Source of the DNA: Planctomycetota bacterium
GTDB lineage: Bacteria > Planctomycetota > PLA2 > JAEUHO01
Assembly (NCBI GenBank): GCA_965223505.1
Contig: CBDCWP010000034.1
Coordinates: forward strand, 32,001 to 96,000
DNA length: 64,000 nucleotides
Direction: 5' to 3'
Shown here: positions 28,534 through 36,989 of the stretch, in pieces
Numbering within the stretch: the stretch's first letter is position 1
Layout: each line of letters starts with the position of its first letter
Translations under genes and position numbers: made by a program
Notes under the pieces: generated by a model
What the model was told of the DNA's origin: nothing
Databases searched by the model: none
What the model saw: the letters and a program-made list of their open reading frames with translations, nothing else

Positions 28534-31038
28534 TCAGTCCCGCCACGCCGCGTCGTCGCGTAGCGCCCAGTCGTCGTCGAAGAACCCGGCGCCGCGCACG
28601 CCCTTCGAGCCGAGCTGGGTCATCTCCGCCCCGTAGACGATCCAATCCGGGAACCCTGCGCCCGAGAGGAAGTACGGGATCTGATTCGTCACGCGCATCC
28701 CGGGGAGTCCGGTGCCGGCCACGACGCCGACGCTCGCCACCTCGCTGTCCTTGCGCGGATAGATGAACAGGAGCCCGATGTCGCCGCCCTCGAACACACG
28801 GTCGCCGACCTCGAGCCGGTCGTCGTGGATCTTCCAGTCGTGGTCGCCGAGCACCTTCTTCCACGCGGAGTTGCCGTCGCGGTTGCCGTAAAGGACCACG
28901 TTGCGGTCGGTGTTCGACAGGGGATCGAAGCGCGTGTCCGAGACGACTTCGATGGAGCCGTTGCCGCGATACCAAAACGTCTCCGCGTCGTAGCGCGCCT
29001 TGTGGAACGCCCAGTCCGCCTGCGCCTTCGTGCCGCCGGTCCCGTACACGAAGACGACGTCGTTGCGAAACGCGTCCTTGAACGTTCCGTAGCGCCGCGG
29101 ATTCTTGTACCAGTGGGCGAGGCCCGCGTCGTGGCGCCAGGCGCCGTCCCGGGCGCGGCTCACCGTGACGACGCCGTCCGCCGGCCACGGCAGTTCGAAC
29201 GGATCCTCGTCGTTCAGCTCGATCCGCACCGGCGTGTCGGCCGGCAGCACGTCCCTGGCGGCGAAAGCGGTGAGGTCCAGCTCGAGCCGCGCGACGTTGC
29301 TCGTCTTGACCGCCAGGAGCCGTTGCTTGGGTTTCATCTCGACGGCGAGTGTGCTCGGCTCGAGCGGCTTGTTCTGGCTCAGGATGCGCAGCCAGTGGCA
29401 GCGGTCGTTGATGCCGGGACTGATCGTCGTGAAGGCGAGCTTGGTCAGCGTGTGCGGCTCGGGCAGTACGTTGCGCTTCAGGAAGTCGAAGAGCGGCGGC
29501 CAGTCCATGCACTGGTTGCCCCACCAGTGTCCGGCGCCGGGCTGCTCGTAGTACGCGAAGTTCGTGTGGAACTTCGCGAGACGCTCGCGCATGAACCGCG
29601 CCTGGCTCACGGGCACGTTTTCGTCCTTGTCGCCGTGCAGCACGTAGATCCCGTGGTGCCGATAGTTGGACTCCAGCAGCAACGTGCGGCTCACGTTCGC
29701 CGCGCGATCGAGCATCGCCTGCACCGGCGTCGGATCCTTCCACGCAACACCGCCGCCGTACGACCAGAAGTCGCGCCACCCGGCGCTGGGCGCGATCGCC
29801 GCGAATCGCCCCGCCATGTGCGCGCCGAGGCTCCAGGTGCCGTGACCGCCCATCGAGTGCCCGGTCAGATACGTGCGGCGCCAGTCCGCTCCGAAGCGAT
29901 GGTGGGAATCAGCCAACACCTCCAATGCGTCGAGCCGGCCCCAGTCCTCCCAGTCGAAGCCGAAGGGGCGCCGGTTGGAGGGGGCCACGACGACGGCCCA
30001 GTCCTTCATCCTGTAACATCCGGCCTGCCTCATCGCTTCGACGCCCGCACCGTGAAGCGAGAGCACGTATGCCGGCGGCTCGTCGCCGTCATGCGCCGGC
30101 GGGACCACGCCGTAGTACTGCGTGCTACCGTCGATCATGCTGACGAATGTGCGCTTGTGGTGTTGATCGGGGTGGCGCACGCGCAGTGTGAGCACATCCT
30201 TGTCCAGCGGTTCGTCGTCTTCCTCGTCGTCGTCGTAGACCTCGATCTCGACTTCAACGGTCTCGTCCTCCGAAGCGATGACCGGAAGCCGGACGGCGAT
30301 CTTCCGACTCGAGAGCGGCGGAAGCGAAAACCACGGCGTCGAAACGGTCTTCGAGCCGAAGGTTGCCGAGATGGACAGGTTGTCCCACCAACCGCCGGTC
30401 GCGTTCGTGACGATCACGCCGGCGACCATCTTCTCAGGTCGCCCGTGAAGTACGTCCGGCAGCGTGCGGTCCTTCTTCTCGAAGAAGACGGGCGTGTCCC
30501 TCGGCGTGGACGCGTCCAGCGTCGCCTTCATGCGACCGCGGCCGCCCTTGAACAGCAGCTCGTTCGTGCCCTTGCGGAGCTGGATCGCGATGCGCGTGAT
30601 GCCGGCGTTGTAGACGTCGCCGACGCGCGGCACGCCGTTCACGTACACGTGGCGGTGGCCGCGCGCCGACAGCAGCACGACGCGGTCCTTGCCCGAGTAC
30701 ACCGTCGCGAGCCCGTAGCCGCCGCGCAGGGCGGCGTTCTGGAACCAGCCCTTCTCGTCCGCTCGAATCTCCTTCCACGTGCCCCTCGGCCCGTTTGGGA
30801 GTCCGATCGACTCGCCGGCCTTCGGCGTCTTCCAGGTCCCGTGAACCAGCTGGTGCTCCACCGCGTCCATGAACACCGGCGCCCGGCCGCCGTGGCTCAC
30901 GCGCGGCACGACCAACATCGTGCGCACGCGCTTCGGCTCCTGCCAGTCCTCGTCGTCCTCGTGCGCGCGCGCGGGGTGCGCGGGCAGCAAGGCCAGCGTG
31001 AAGAACGCGATGAACACGTTGGCGAGGTGTAGCTTCAT
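28534..31038 (-). CDS. Secreted alpha/beta hydrolase (S9 / prolyl oligopeptidase-like)
   Basis: Signal peptide, LSLHGAG, GHSMGG nucleophile, HGDKDENVP, GAGHW. Confidence 0.85.
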   Translation of the reverse strand: MKLHLANVFIAFFTLALLPAHPARAHEDDEDWQEPKRVRTMLVVPRVSHGGRAPVFMDAVEHQLVHGTWKTPKAGESIGLPNGPRGTWKEIRADEKGWFQNAALRGGYGLATVYSGKDRVVLLSARGHRHVYVNGVPRVGDVYNAGITRIAIQLRKGTNELLFKGGRGRMKATLDASTPRDTPVFFEKKDRTLPDVLHGRPEKMVAGVIVTNATGGWWDNLSISATFGSKTVSTPWFSLPPLSSRKIAVRLPVIASEDETVEVEIEVYDDDEEDDEPLDKDVLTLRVRHPDQHHKRTFVSMIDGSTQYYGVVPPAHDGDEPPAYVLSLHGAGVEAMRQAGCYRMKDWAVVVAPSNRRPFGFDWEDWGRLDALEVLADSHHRFGADWRRTYLTGHSMGGHGTWSLGAHMAGRFAAIAPSAGWRDFWSYGGGVAWKDPTPVQAMLDRAANVSRTLLLESNYRHHGIYVLHGDKDENVPVSQARFMRERLAKFHTNFAYYEQPGAGHWWGNQCMDWPPLFDFLKRNVLPEPHTLTKLAFTTISPGINDRCHWLRILSQNKPLEPSTLAVEMKPKQRLLAVKTSNVARLELDLTAFAARDVLPADTPVRIELNDEDPFELPWPADGVVTVSRARDGAWRHDAGLAHWYKNPRRYGTFKDAFRNDVVFVYGTGGTKAQADWAFHKARYDAETFWYRGNGSIEVVSDTRFDPLSNTDRNVVLYGNRDGNSAWKKVLGDHDWKIHDDRLEVGDRVFEGGDIGLLFIYPRKDSEVASVGVVAGTGLPGMRVTNQIPYFLSGAGFPDWIVYGAEMTQLGSKGVRGAGFFDDDWALRDDAAWRD

Positions 31039-31182
31039 GAGGACGGTTCCGGGCGGCGCCGCAGTATGACCGAACACGTGGTTTCCGGCACGGGGAGACA
31101 CCGTTCGGAATCGCACGCCCGCGCCGTTCTTCCTCACATCCGGCCGTCTTGCGCGGCCCGAAGCACGTGCTACCGTCGCCGC

Positions 31183-33945
31183 GTGACACGCGAACACGTT
31201 CTTCGCCGCGCGCCCCTTCGAATCGCGTGCGTCGTGATCCTGGCGGCGCTCTTCTGCGCGCCGCTGCTTGCCGAGGACGACGAGGGTGAAGCGCCCGGCA
31301 AATGCACGTGTCACAAGGGCCACGCGACGTGGGAGTACCTGCGCTCGCCGATGGTCCCGCCCGAGGATCCGCCGCGCTGTCCCAACATGGTCGCCGGCGG
31401 CAACTGCGGTGGGAAGCGCCGTCCCCAGGACGCGGACGCCGAGTGCTGGGGCAGCCGGAAGAAGGAGTGCTTCTTCAAGCGGCATGCCTACAGCTGGGAC
31501 ATCAGCTGCAGCGTGTGCTGGGCGGACGACAAGTGCGAGGCCTGCAACGACCTCATCGGCGGGCCCGACCCGGTCGCGGCGGGAATCCTCGAGGACCGCA
31601 TGAAGGCCGAGGCCGAGACGCTGAAGGGCGAGCTCGTCATCTGCAAGTCGAAGCACTTCTACGTCGTGACGAACCTGCACAAGAAGGTCAAGGTCGTTAC
31701 CAAGCGCGGTAGCCGTCGGCTGATGACGTCCCACGAGCTGGCGCACCTTTTCGCCCAGCGCTGCGAGCAGGCCTTCGACGACTTCGACAAGTGGTTCGGC
31801 GGCAACGTCCTCCTACCCAAGCCCATGGCCGTCTACATCACCGACACGCTGCGCGAGAACGACGCCATCGGCCATCGTTACTTCGGGCGCGCCGGCATCC
31901 ACATGAACTACGCGTTCGCCTACAACAACCGGATCGCGAACGGGCTGTGCGGCAACGGCTTCGTGATGAACTATCAGGAGCAGCACTCCGATCATCACCT
32001 GCACGGCTTCGCGCGCCACCAGATCGGCCACATCCTCTTCTCCTGCTGGCACGTGCACAGCGGCTTCGAGGACAAGTGCCCGCGCTGGGCGTGGGTGGGG
32101 GCGGCGCACTTCCTCGAGAAACTGCTCGATGTCCACACCGACTACGCGACGTTCTGTTACGGCGAGGCGGACGGCGGTATCGGACCCATGAGCAAGTGGG
32201 AGCGGCGCGTCAAGGCGCTGGTGAAGGCGGAGACGCTCCAGCCCATCGAGACGTTCTTCAACAAGACCTCGTTGAGCAAGATGATGTACCCCGACCACCT
32301 GCGCGCCTGGTCCTACATGGACCTGGGCATGCGCGAGGATCGCGACCGGTGGCTGAAGCTGCTGATCGCGCTTCGCAACGGCGCCCAGGAAGGTCCTGCA
32401 TTCAAGGAAGCGATGGACCTCACGCCCGAGGACTTCCATCAGCGTTGGTCGGCCCGCGTGATGGGAAAGCGCAAGCGTCTCGGACCGGAGAAACGCGACG
32501 AGCTGTTCGAAGGCGACGCGTTGTTGCGGGAGCTGCTGCAGTTGCAGACCTCCGACGACATCGGTGTGATCGCCGGAAAGCTGCGCGGCCTCGACGTGAT
32601 CAAGGACGTCAAGACCGCGGAGGTGGCTATCGGGTACCTCACGCATGCATCCGATCTCGTGCGTGAGACCGTGCATCACCTCTTGTTGAAGACGAGCGAC
32701 GAGGACGTCCTGACGTTCTTGCGCGAAGAGGGACTCGCGGATGGACGCAAGCTCGTGCGCGCCGGCGTCGCGCGCGCCCTCGGCGAGCTGAAACACGAGC
32801 CGGCGCGGTTCGCGCTCGAACAGATGCTGAAGGATCGCGACTGGCTCTCGCGCGCGAACGCGGCGTACGCGCTCCAGCGCATCGAGAACCGCATCGCACG
32901 CCGCGCGCTTCAGGCGGCGCTCGACGACCGGCATCCGAAGGCCTGGATCTCGGTCGCGGACGCGTTCGCCCACTTCCCCGGCCGGTCGAAGGACGCAACC
33001 GCGCTCATCGCGCCCCGGCTGGAGCACAAGCTGTGGCAGGTGCGCATGACCGCCTGCCGGGCGCTTCGCCGCTGCGGCACGACCGAGGCCGTGGATCCGC
33101 TGCTATCCCGGTTCGAGGAGGAGGAGGGCCGGCTCAAGCTCGAGCTCTACCGAGCGCTGGTCGGCGTCACCGGCGTGGATCAGGGCCCCGATCCCGCCAA
33201 GTGGCGGCGTTGGTGGGAGGCCGAGAAGGAGAAGCACGGCGGCGTGCCGCCGCGGCCGGAGCGCGCGCCCGAGCCGGGCCGCAACCCGGCCGACGAGCGC
33301 TACGGGTTCGGCGACGAAGAGGACATTCCGGACGTGCCGCACCACTACGGGAAGCGCTTCTTCTCGCGCAGCGTCTGCTTCGTGCTCGACACGAGCGGCT
33401 CCATGAAGCTGAACATGAAGGTGCCGGAGGAAGCCGCCCGGAAGCTCGGCGACATCCCGACCAGCGGCACCCGCGCCGAGATCGCGAAGCAGGCGCTGAT
33501 CGACACGTTGAAGAAGCTGGACCCGCGGACGAAGGTTCGCGTCGTCTTCTTCAACACCAACGTGAAGCTGTGGAAGGACAATCTCGCGACGGCGAACACG
33601 AGCACCGTGTTGTCGTTGACGCGCGCCATCGATCGCACGCGGCCCGACGGCGAGACCAACTTCTACGGAGCGCTCAAGGCGGCCCTCGGCTTGCACGAGC
33701 TGCCGACGCTCAATCCGAAGCTCGACGTCATTCCCGACACGGTGTTCTTTCTGACGGACGGCCGCCCGACGCACGGCGAGATCACGGCCATGCCGGAGCT
33801 CACGTCGTGGATGACGAACCTCAATCGCTGGGCGAAGATCCGACTCCACGTCATCGCGCTCGGCGAGCTCAACGTCGATCTCCCGTCGCTCGGGAAGCTC
33901 GCCGCGGCAGGGAACGGCGAGCTGGTGCACGTACCCGAGATGTAG
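31183..33945 (+). CDS. Secreted protein: Cys-rich N-terminus, zincin-like segment, HEAT repeats, VWA domain
   Basis: Signal peptide; HQIGH; VR..A.ALG HEAT repeats; MIDAS DTSGS...T...TDG. Confidence 0.85.
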   Translation: MTREHVLRRAPLRIACVVILAALFCAPLLAEDDEGEAPGKCTCHKGHATWEYLRSPMVPPEDPPRCPNMVAGGNCGGKRRPQDADAECWGSRKKECFFKRHAYSWDISCSVCWADDKCEACNDLIGGPDPVAAGILEDRMKAEAETLKGELVICKSKHFYVVTNLHKKVKVVTKRGSRRLMTSHELAHLFAQRCEQAFDDFDKWFGGNVLLPKPMAVYITDTLRENDAIGHRYFGRAGIHMNYAFAYNNRIANGLCGNGFVMNYQEQHSDHHLHGFARHQIGHILFSCWHVHSGFEDKCPRWAWVGAAHFLEKLLDVHTDYATFCYGEADGGIGPMSKWERRVKALVKAETLQPIETFFNKTSLSKMMYPDHLRAWSYMDLGMREDRDRWLKLLIALRNGAQEGPAFKEAMDLTPEDFHQRWSARVMGKRKRLGPEKRDELFEGDALLRELLQLQTSDDIGVIAGKLRGLDVIKDVKTAEVAIGYLTHASDLVRETVHHLLLKTSDEDVLTFLREEGLADGRKLVRAGVARALGELKHEPARFALEQMLKDRDWLSRANAAYALQRIENRIARRALQAALDDRHPKAWISVADAFAHFPGRSKDATALIAPRLEHKLWQVRMTACRALRRCGTTEAVDPLLSRFEEEEGRLKLELYRALVGVTGVDQGPDPAKWRRWWEAEKEKHGGVPPRPERAPEPGRNPADERYGFGDEEDIPDVPHHYGKRFFSRSVCFVLDTSGSMKLNMKVPEEAARKLGDIPTSGTRAEIAKQALIDTLKKLDPRTKVRVVFFNTNVKLWKDNLATANTSTVLSLTRAIDRTRPDGETNFYGALKAALGLHELPTLNPKLDVIPDTVFFLTDGRPTHGEITAMPELTSWMTNLNRWAKIRLHVIALGELNVDLPSLGKLAAAGNGELVHVPEM

Positions 33946-33952
33946 CCGAGAA

Positions 33953-33978
33953 CTGACATGTCGGCGCCGATCTGTCAG
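33953..33978. promoter_or_regulatory. Palindrome upstream of TetR gene (candidate operator or terminator)
   Basis: CTGACA-tg-TCGGCGCCGA-tc-TGTCAG. Confidence 0.5.
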
Positions 33979-34059
33979 ATCCGCCCGAAGTCGGGTTGAG
34001 AAAGTCCCGAGTCGCATAAAGTTGCGATGGACCCGTGCCCGGAGTCGTAGGGTGTGCCC

Positions 34060-34689
34060 ATGCCCAAAGGCGTCAGCTCTCCTTCACGACGGAATCTGAA
34101 GAAGGCCGAGCGCAGGGAGCAGCTCATGCAGGCCGCGCTCAAGGCCTTCACGAAGGGCGGCTACCACGGCACCCACGTCGAGCACGTCGTCAAGGAAGCC
34201 GGCGTCGCGCGCGGCACCTTCTACATGCACTTCGACTCGAAGCACGACGTGTTCGACGCGCTCGTCGATCGCACGCTCGACGTGTTCCTCGCGGTGCGTC
34301 CCGAAGGCGACTCGGTGAACGTGAAGTCGGTCGCCGACGCCGAGCGCATGCTGCGCGAGAGCTACCGTGTCGTCCTGACCACGTTTCACAAGCACCGGCA
34401 GCTCACCCGGCTGCTGTTCGACGAGGCGGTCGGCCTCGAGAAGGGCTTCCGCAAGAAGCTCGAAGGGCACTACCGGATCTGGCACCAGCGCGTTGCCGAG
34501 ACACTCGACATGCTGGTCGAGCGCGGGGTGGCGCGCCGCACGCTGGACGTCGAGATCACGTCCGAGATGGTGATCGGCATGGTCGAACGCATCGCCCGGC
34601 GCTATCTCTTCCAGTCGCGCAAGCCGGACATCGACCGGCTCGTCGACGCGCTCGTCACCTTCGAGCTCGGCGGGCTCGAGCCTGCGTAG
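34060..34689 (+). CDS. TetR/AcrR family regulator
   Basis: AALKAF..GYHGT.V..V.KEAGVARGTFYMHFDSK. Confidence 0.93.
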   Translation: MPKGVSSPSRRNLKKAERREQLMQAALKAFTKGGYHGTHVEHVVKEAGVARGTFYMHFDSKHDVFDALVDRTLDVFLAVRPEGDSVNVKSVADAERMLRESYRVVLTTFHKHRQLTRLLFDEAVGLEKGFRKKLEGHYRIWHQRVAETLDMLVERGVARRTLDVEITSEMVIGMVERIARRYLFQSRKPDIDRLVDALVTFELGGLEPA

Positions 34690-34992
34690 CGGCACCCCTC
34701 GTGGTGGTCGCCCGCGGTTGGGCAGCCACCCGTGAGACGTGCGGGCCCGGGCGCCGGGAGCGGGAGCGGGGATGTAGGGGCGACCCTCGTGGTCGCCCAA
34801 TTGGGCGTGTCTGGTGCCCCGGGTTGGGCAGCCACAAGGGCTGCCCCTACGGGGGATCGTCACGTGCACGTGAACCTGCACCTGATCGTGCACGACACCC
34901 CGGAGCGTAGGGGCGACCCTCGTGGTCGCCAAATTGGGGGTGTCTTGGTGTCCCGGGTTGGGCAGCCACAAGGGCTGCCCCTACCTACCTAC
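34686..34992. repeat. BIME/REPIN-like mosaic of GTAG REP pairs
   Basis: Two 77-78-bp units GTAGGGGCGACCCTCGTGGTCGCC...GGGCAGCCACAAGGGCTGCCCCTAC (34774-34850, 34907-34984) plus a degenerate unit from 34686. Confidence 0.88.
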
Positions 34993-35423
34993 GGAAACAG
35001 GGCCTCGTCCCGAAAGAGGGCGCGCAGACGCTCCTTGATCTGGTCCCGGACTCTGCGAAACGCCTGCGCGATCTCGTCCTCGCTGCCTTCCGCCGCCGCC
35101 GGGTCCTCGTGCGGCCAGTGAAGCGTCTCGACGTCGCCCGGGAAGACAGGGCAGACCTCATCCGCGCACAGCGTCACGGCAACGCGGATCCGGTCGCGCG
35201 GAACGTCGTCCACCGACTTGCTCTGATGGCCGCTGATGTCGATGTCGACTTCGTCCATCGCGGCGATCGCATGGGGATTCACGGACGCCGGCGCCGAGCC
35301 GGCGCTCATGACGTTGACGCCGTCCGGCGCCATGGCGCGTCCCCAGCCTTCGGCCATCTGGCTGCGCGCGGAGTTGGCGACACAGAGGAAAAGCACCGTG
35401 TCGCGTTCGATTGCGTCACTCAT
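34989..35423 (-). CDS. arsC: Arsenate reductase, LMW-PTP/thioredoxin type
   Basis: FLCVANSARSQMAEG, TLC...CPVFPG, HW..EDP, FRRVRDQI. Confidence 0.92.
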   Translation of the reverse strand: MSDAIERDTVLFLCVANSARSQMAEGWGRAMAPDGVNVMSAGSAPASVNPHAIAAMDEVDIDISGHQSKSVDDVPRDRIRVAVTLCADEVCPVFPGDVETLHWPHEDPAAAEGSEDEIAQAFRRVRDQIKERLRALFRDEALFP

Positions 35424-35432
35424 CTGGTCCCA

Positions 35433-36140
35433 CTAGCAGCACCCGCCCACATCGCCCGGCGTGTCGGTGTCGCACCGGATCCGTTGATACACGAACGCAC
35501 CCAGCAGCGCACCGAGAATCGGCGCGGCGACGTAGATCCACATCGAGGTGAACGTGCCCGACGCCAACGCCGGGCCGATGGTCCGCGCCGGGTTCATGGA
35601 CGCGCCGGACACGCCGCCGCCGATCAACGACGCCATCGCGACGGTCGAACCGATCGCCCACCCTGCCATGTCGCCGACGGCGCGCGTGTCGGTCGCGACC
35701 GCCTTGATGACGAACATGAGGAGGAAGGTCAGGACGACCTCGAACGCGAACGCTTGTTGCCAGCTCCCGGCCGGCACCGTCGTGCCGAGGTTGTCGGGCG
35801 TCTCGTAGAGCGCGCAGAGCAAGAACGCCGCAGCGCACGCGCCCGCCGTCTGCGCGATCACGTAGCCCGGCACCTCCTTCCACGAGAAGCGACCCACCGC
35901 CGCGAAGGCGATCGTGACGGCCGGGTTGATGTGCGCGCCCGAGATGTGGCCAATCGAATAGACCATGACCATCACGACGAGCCCGAAGGCCAGCGAGATG
36001 CCCGCGTGGCCCAGCCCGCCGTACATCTCGTCGGCCACGACCGCGCCGCATCCCACGAAGACGAGGGCGAAGGTTCCCAGGGCTTCCGCAGCGATCTTCT
36101 GCGGGACGCCGCGACGCGAGAGGGTGGACGGTTCGGCCAT
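35433..36140 (-). CDS. MIP-family aquaporin, NIP-like (probable arsenite channel)
   Basis: HISGAHINPAVT and SGASMNPART; ends in GCC; immediately upstream of arsC. Confidence 0.92.
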   Translation of the reverse strand: MAEPSTLSRRGVPQKIAAEALGTFALVFVGCGAVVADEMYGGLGHAGISLAFGLVVMVMVYSIGHISGAHINPAVTIAFAAVGRFSWKEVPGYVIAQTAGACAAAFLLCALYETPDNLGTTVPAGSWQQAFAFEVVLTFLLMFVIKAVATDTRAVGDMAGWAIGSTVAMASLIGGGVSGASMNPARTIGPALASGTFTSMWIYVAAPILGALLGAFVYQRIRCDTDTPGDVGGCC

Positions 36141-36164
36141 GGGCGGCCTCATCTTGCGGCCGGG

Positions 36165-36968
36165 CTAGGACGCATGCCACAAACCAAACAGGCCCGCGGC
36201 GATGGCGCCCGCCGCGATGCCGCCGACGAGGTTGACCGCGTCGTTGTCGAGCCAGCGAAAGCCGGTAACGCGCTTCGTCGTCTTGCCGTCGACGCGCCGC
36301 GTCTCGACCACCGTGCCGTCCTCGAGGGCGCCGCGGTACTGCAGCGTCGCGCCGATCACGCTGTCCAGCAGGCCGCCCACGACACCGGCGGTCGCCGCAG
36401 CGCCGAGAACGACGTGGTCCCACTCGTGGAACAGCCCGAACGTAACCGGCGCGATGAGCGCCCCGAGAAGGCTGACGCACAGGCCGAGGTTGGTGACGCC
36501 GCCGCTCTCCCCGTCGCGCATGGCGCCGCCCCAGAGCTTGCGCGTCGCGCCGCCGTAGCGAACGCCGAGCTCGCTCGAGACGGTGTCGGCGCCGAGGAAC
36601 GACAACCCGCCGAGATAGACCGCGAGCCCCAGGTCGGCGTATCCGGCCAGCGCCAGGACGCACCCGCCGACGGCGGCGAAACCGTTCGCGACGACTTGTC
36701 GGCCGGAACGCTGCTCCGACGGCTTGCGCCCGGGCAAGCGGCCGACGCCGTTGGTGATCAGGAACGTGATCATCAGCGTGGCAAAGCCCGCGATGCCGAA
36801 GCACCAGGCCACGAGCATGCCGAGCAACCACCCGGCGACGGCGCCTGTCGTGGTGAGGTATCGCAGCGGTCGAACGGCAGCGCATCCGAACGCCGCGAGC
36901 ACGAGCGCGAGGATCCACAGATGTTCCGGCACGACGCCGTAGGAGGTCGGGGGGGCGATGAGCAGCAT
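36165..36968 (-). CDS. DUF92 family membrane protein
   Basis: R...QVVANG, ADTVSSELG, GESGGVT..G, DS.IGATLQ, LDNDAVN. Confidence 0.88.
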   Translation of the reverse strand: MLLIAPPTSYGVVPEHLWILALVLAAFGCAAVRPLRYLTTTGAVAGWLLGMLVAWCFGIAGFATLMITFLITNGVGRLPGRKPSEQRSGRQVVANGFAAVGGCVLALAGYADLGLAVYLGGLSFLGADTVSSELGVRYGGATRKLWGGAMRDGESGGVTNLGLCVSLLGALIAPVTFGLFHEWDHVVLGAAATAGVVGGLLDSVIGATLQYRGALEDGTVVETRRVDGKTTKRVTGFRWLDNDAVNLVGGIAAGAIAAGLFGLWHAS

Positions 36969-36989
36969 CGGGGGGCCGCATGGTAGCCG

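Noticed and set aside
34686..34992. CRISPR array
   Set aside because: Only 2-3 long palindromic units with REP-type GTAG ends, no regular repeat-spacer period and no cas genes
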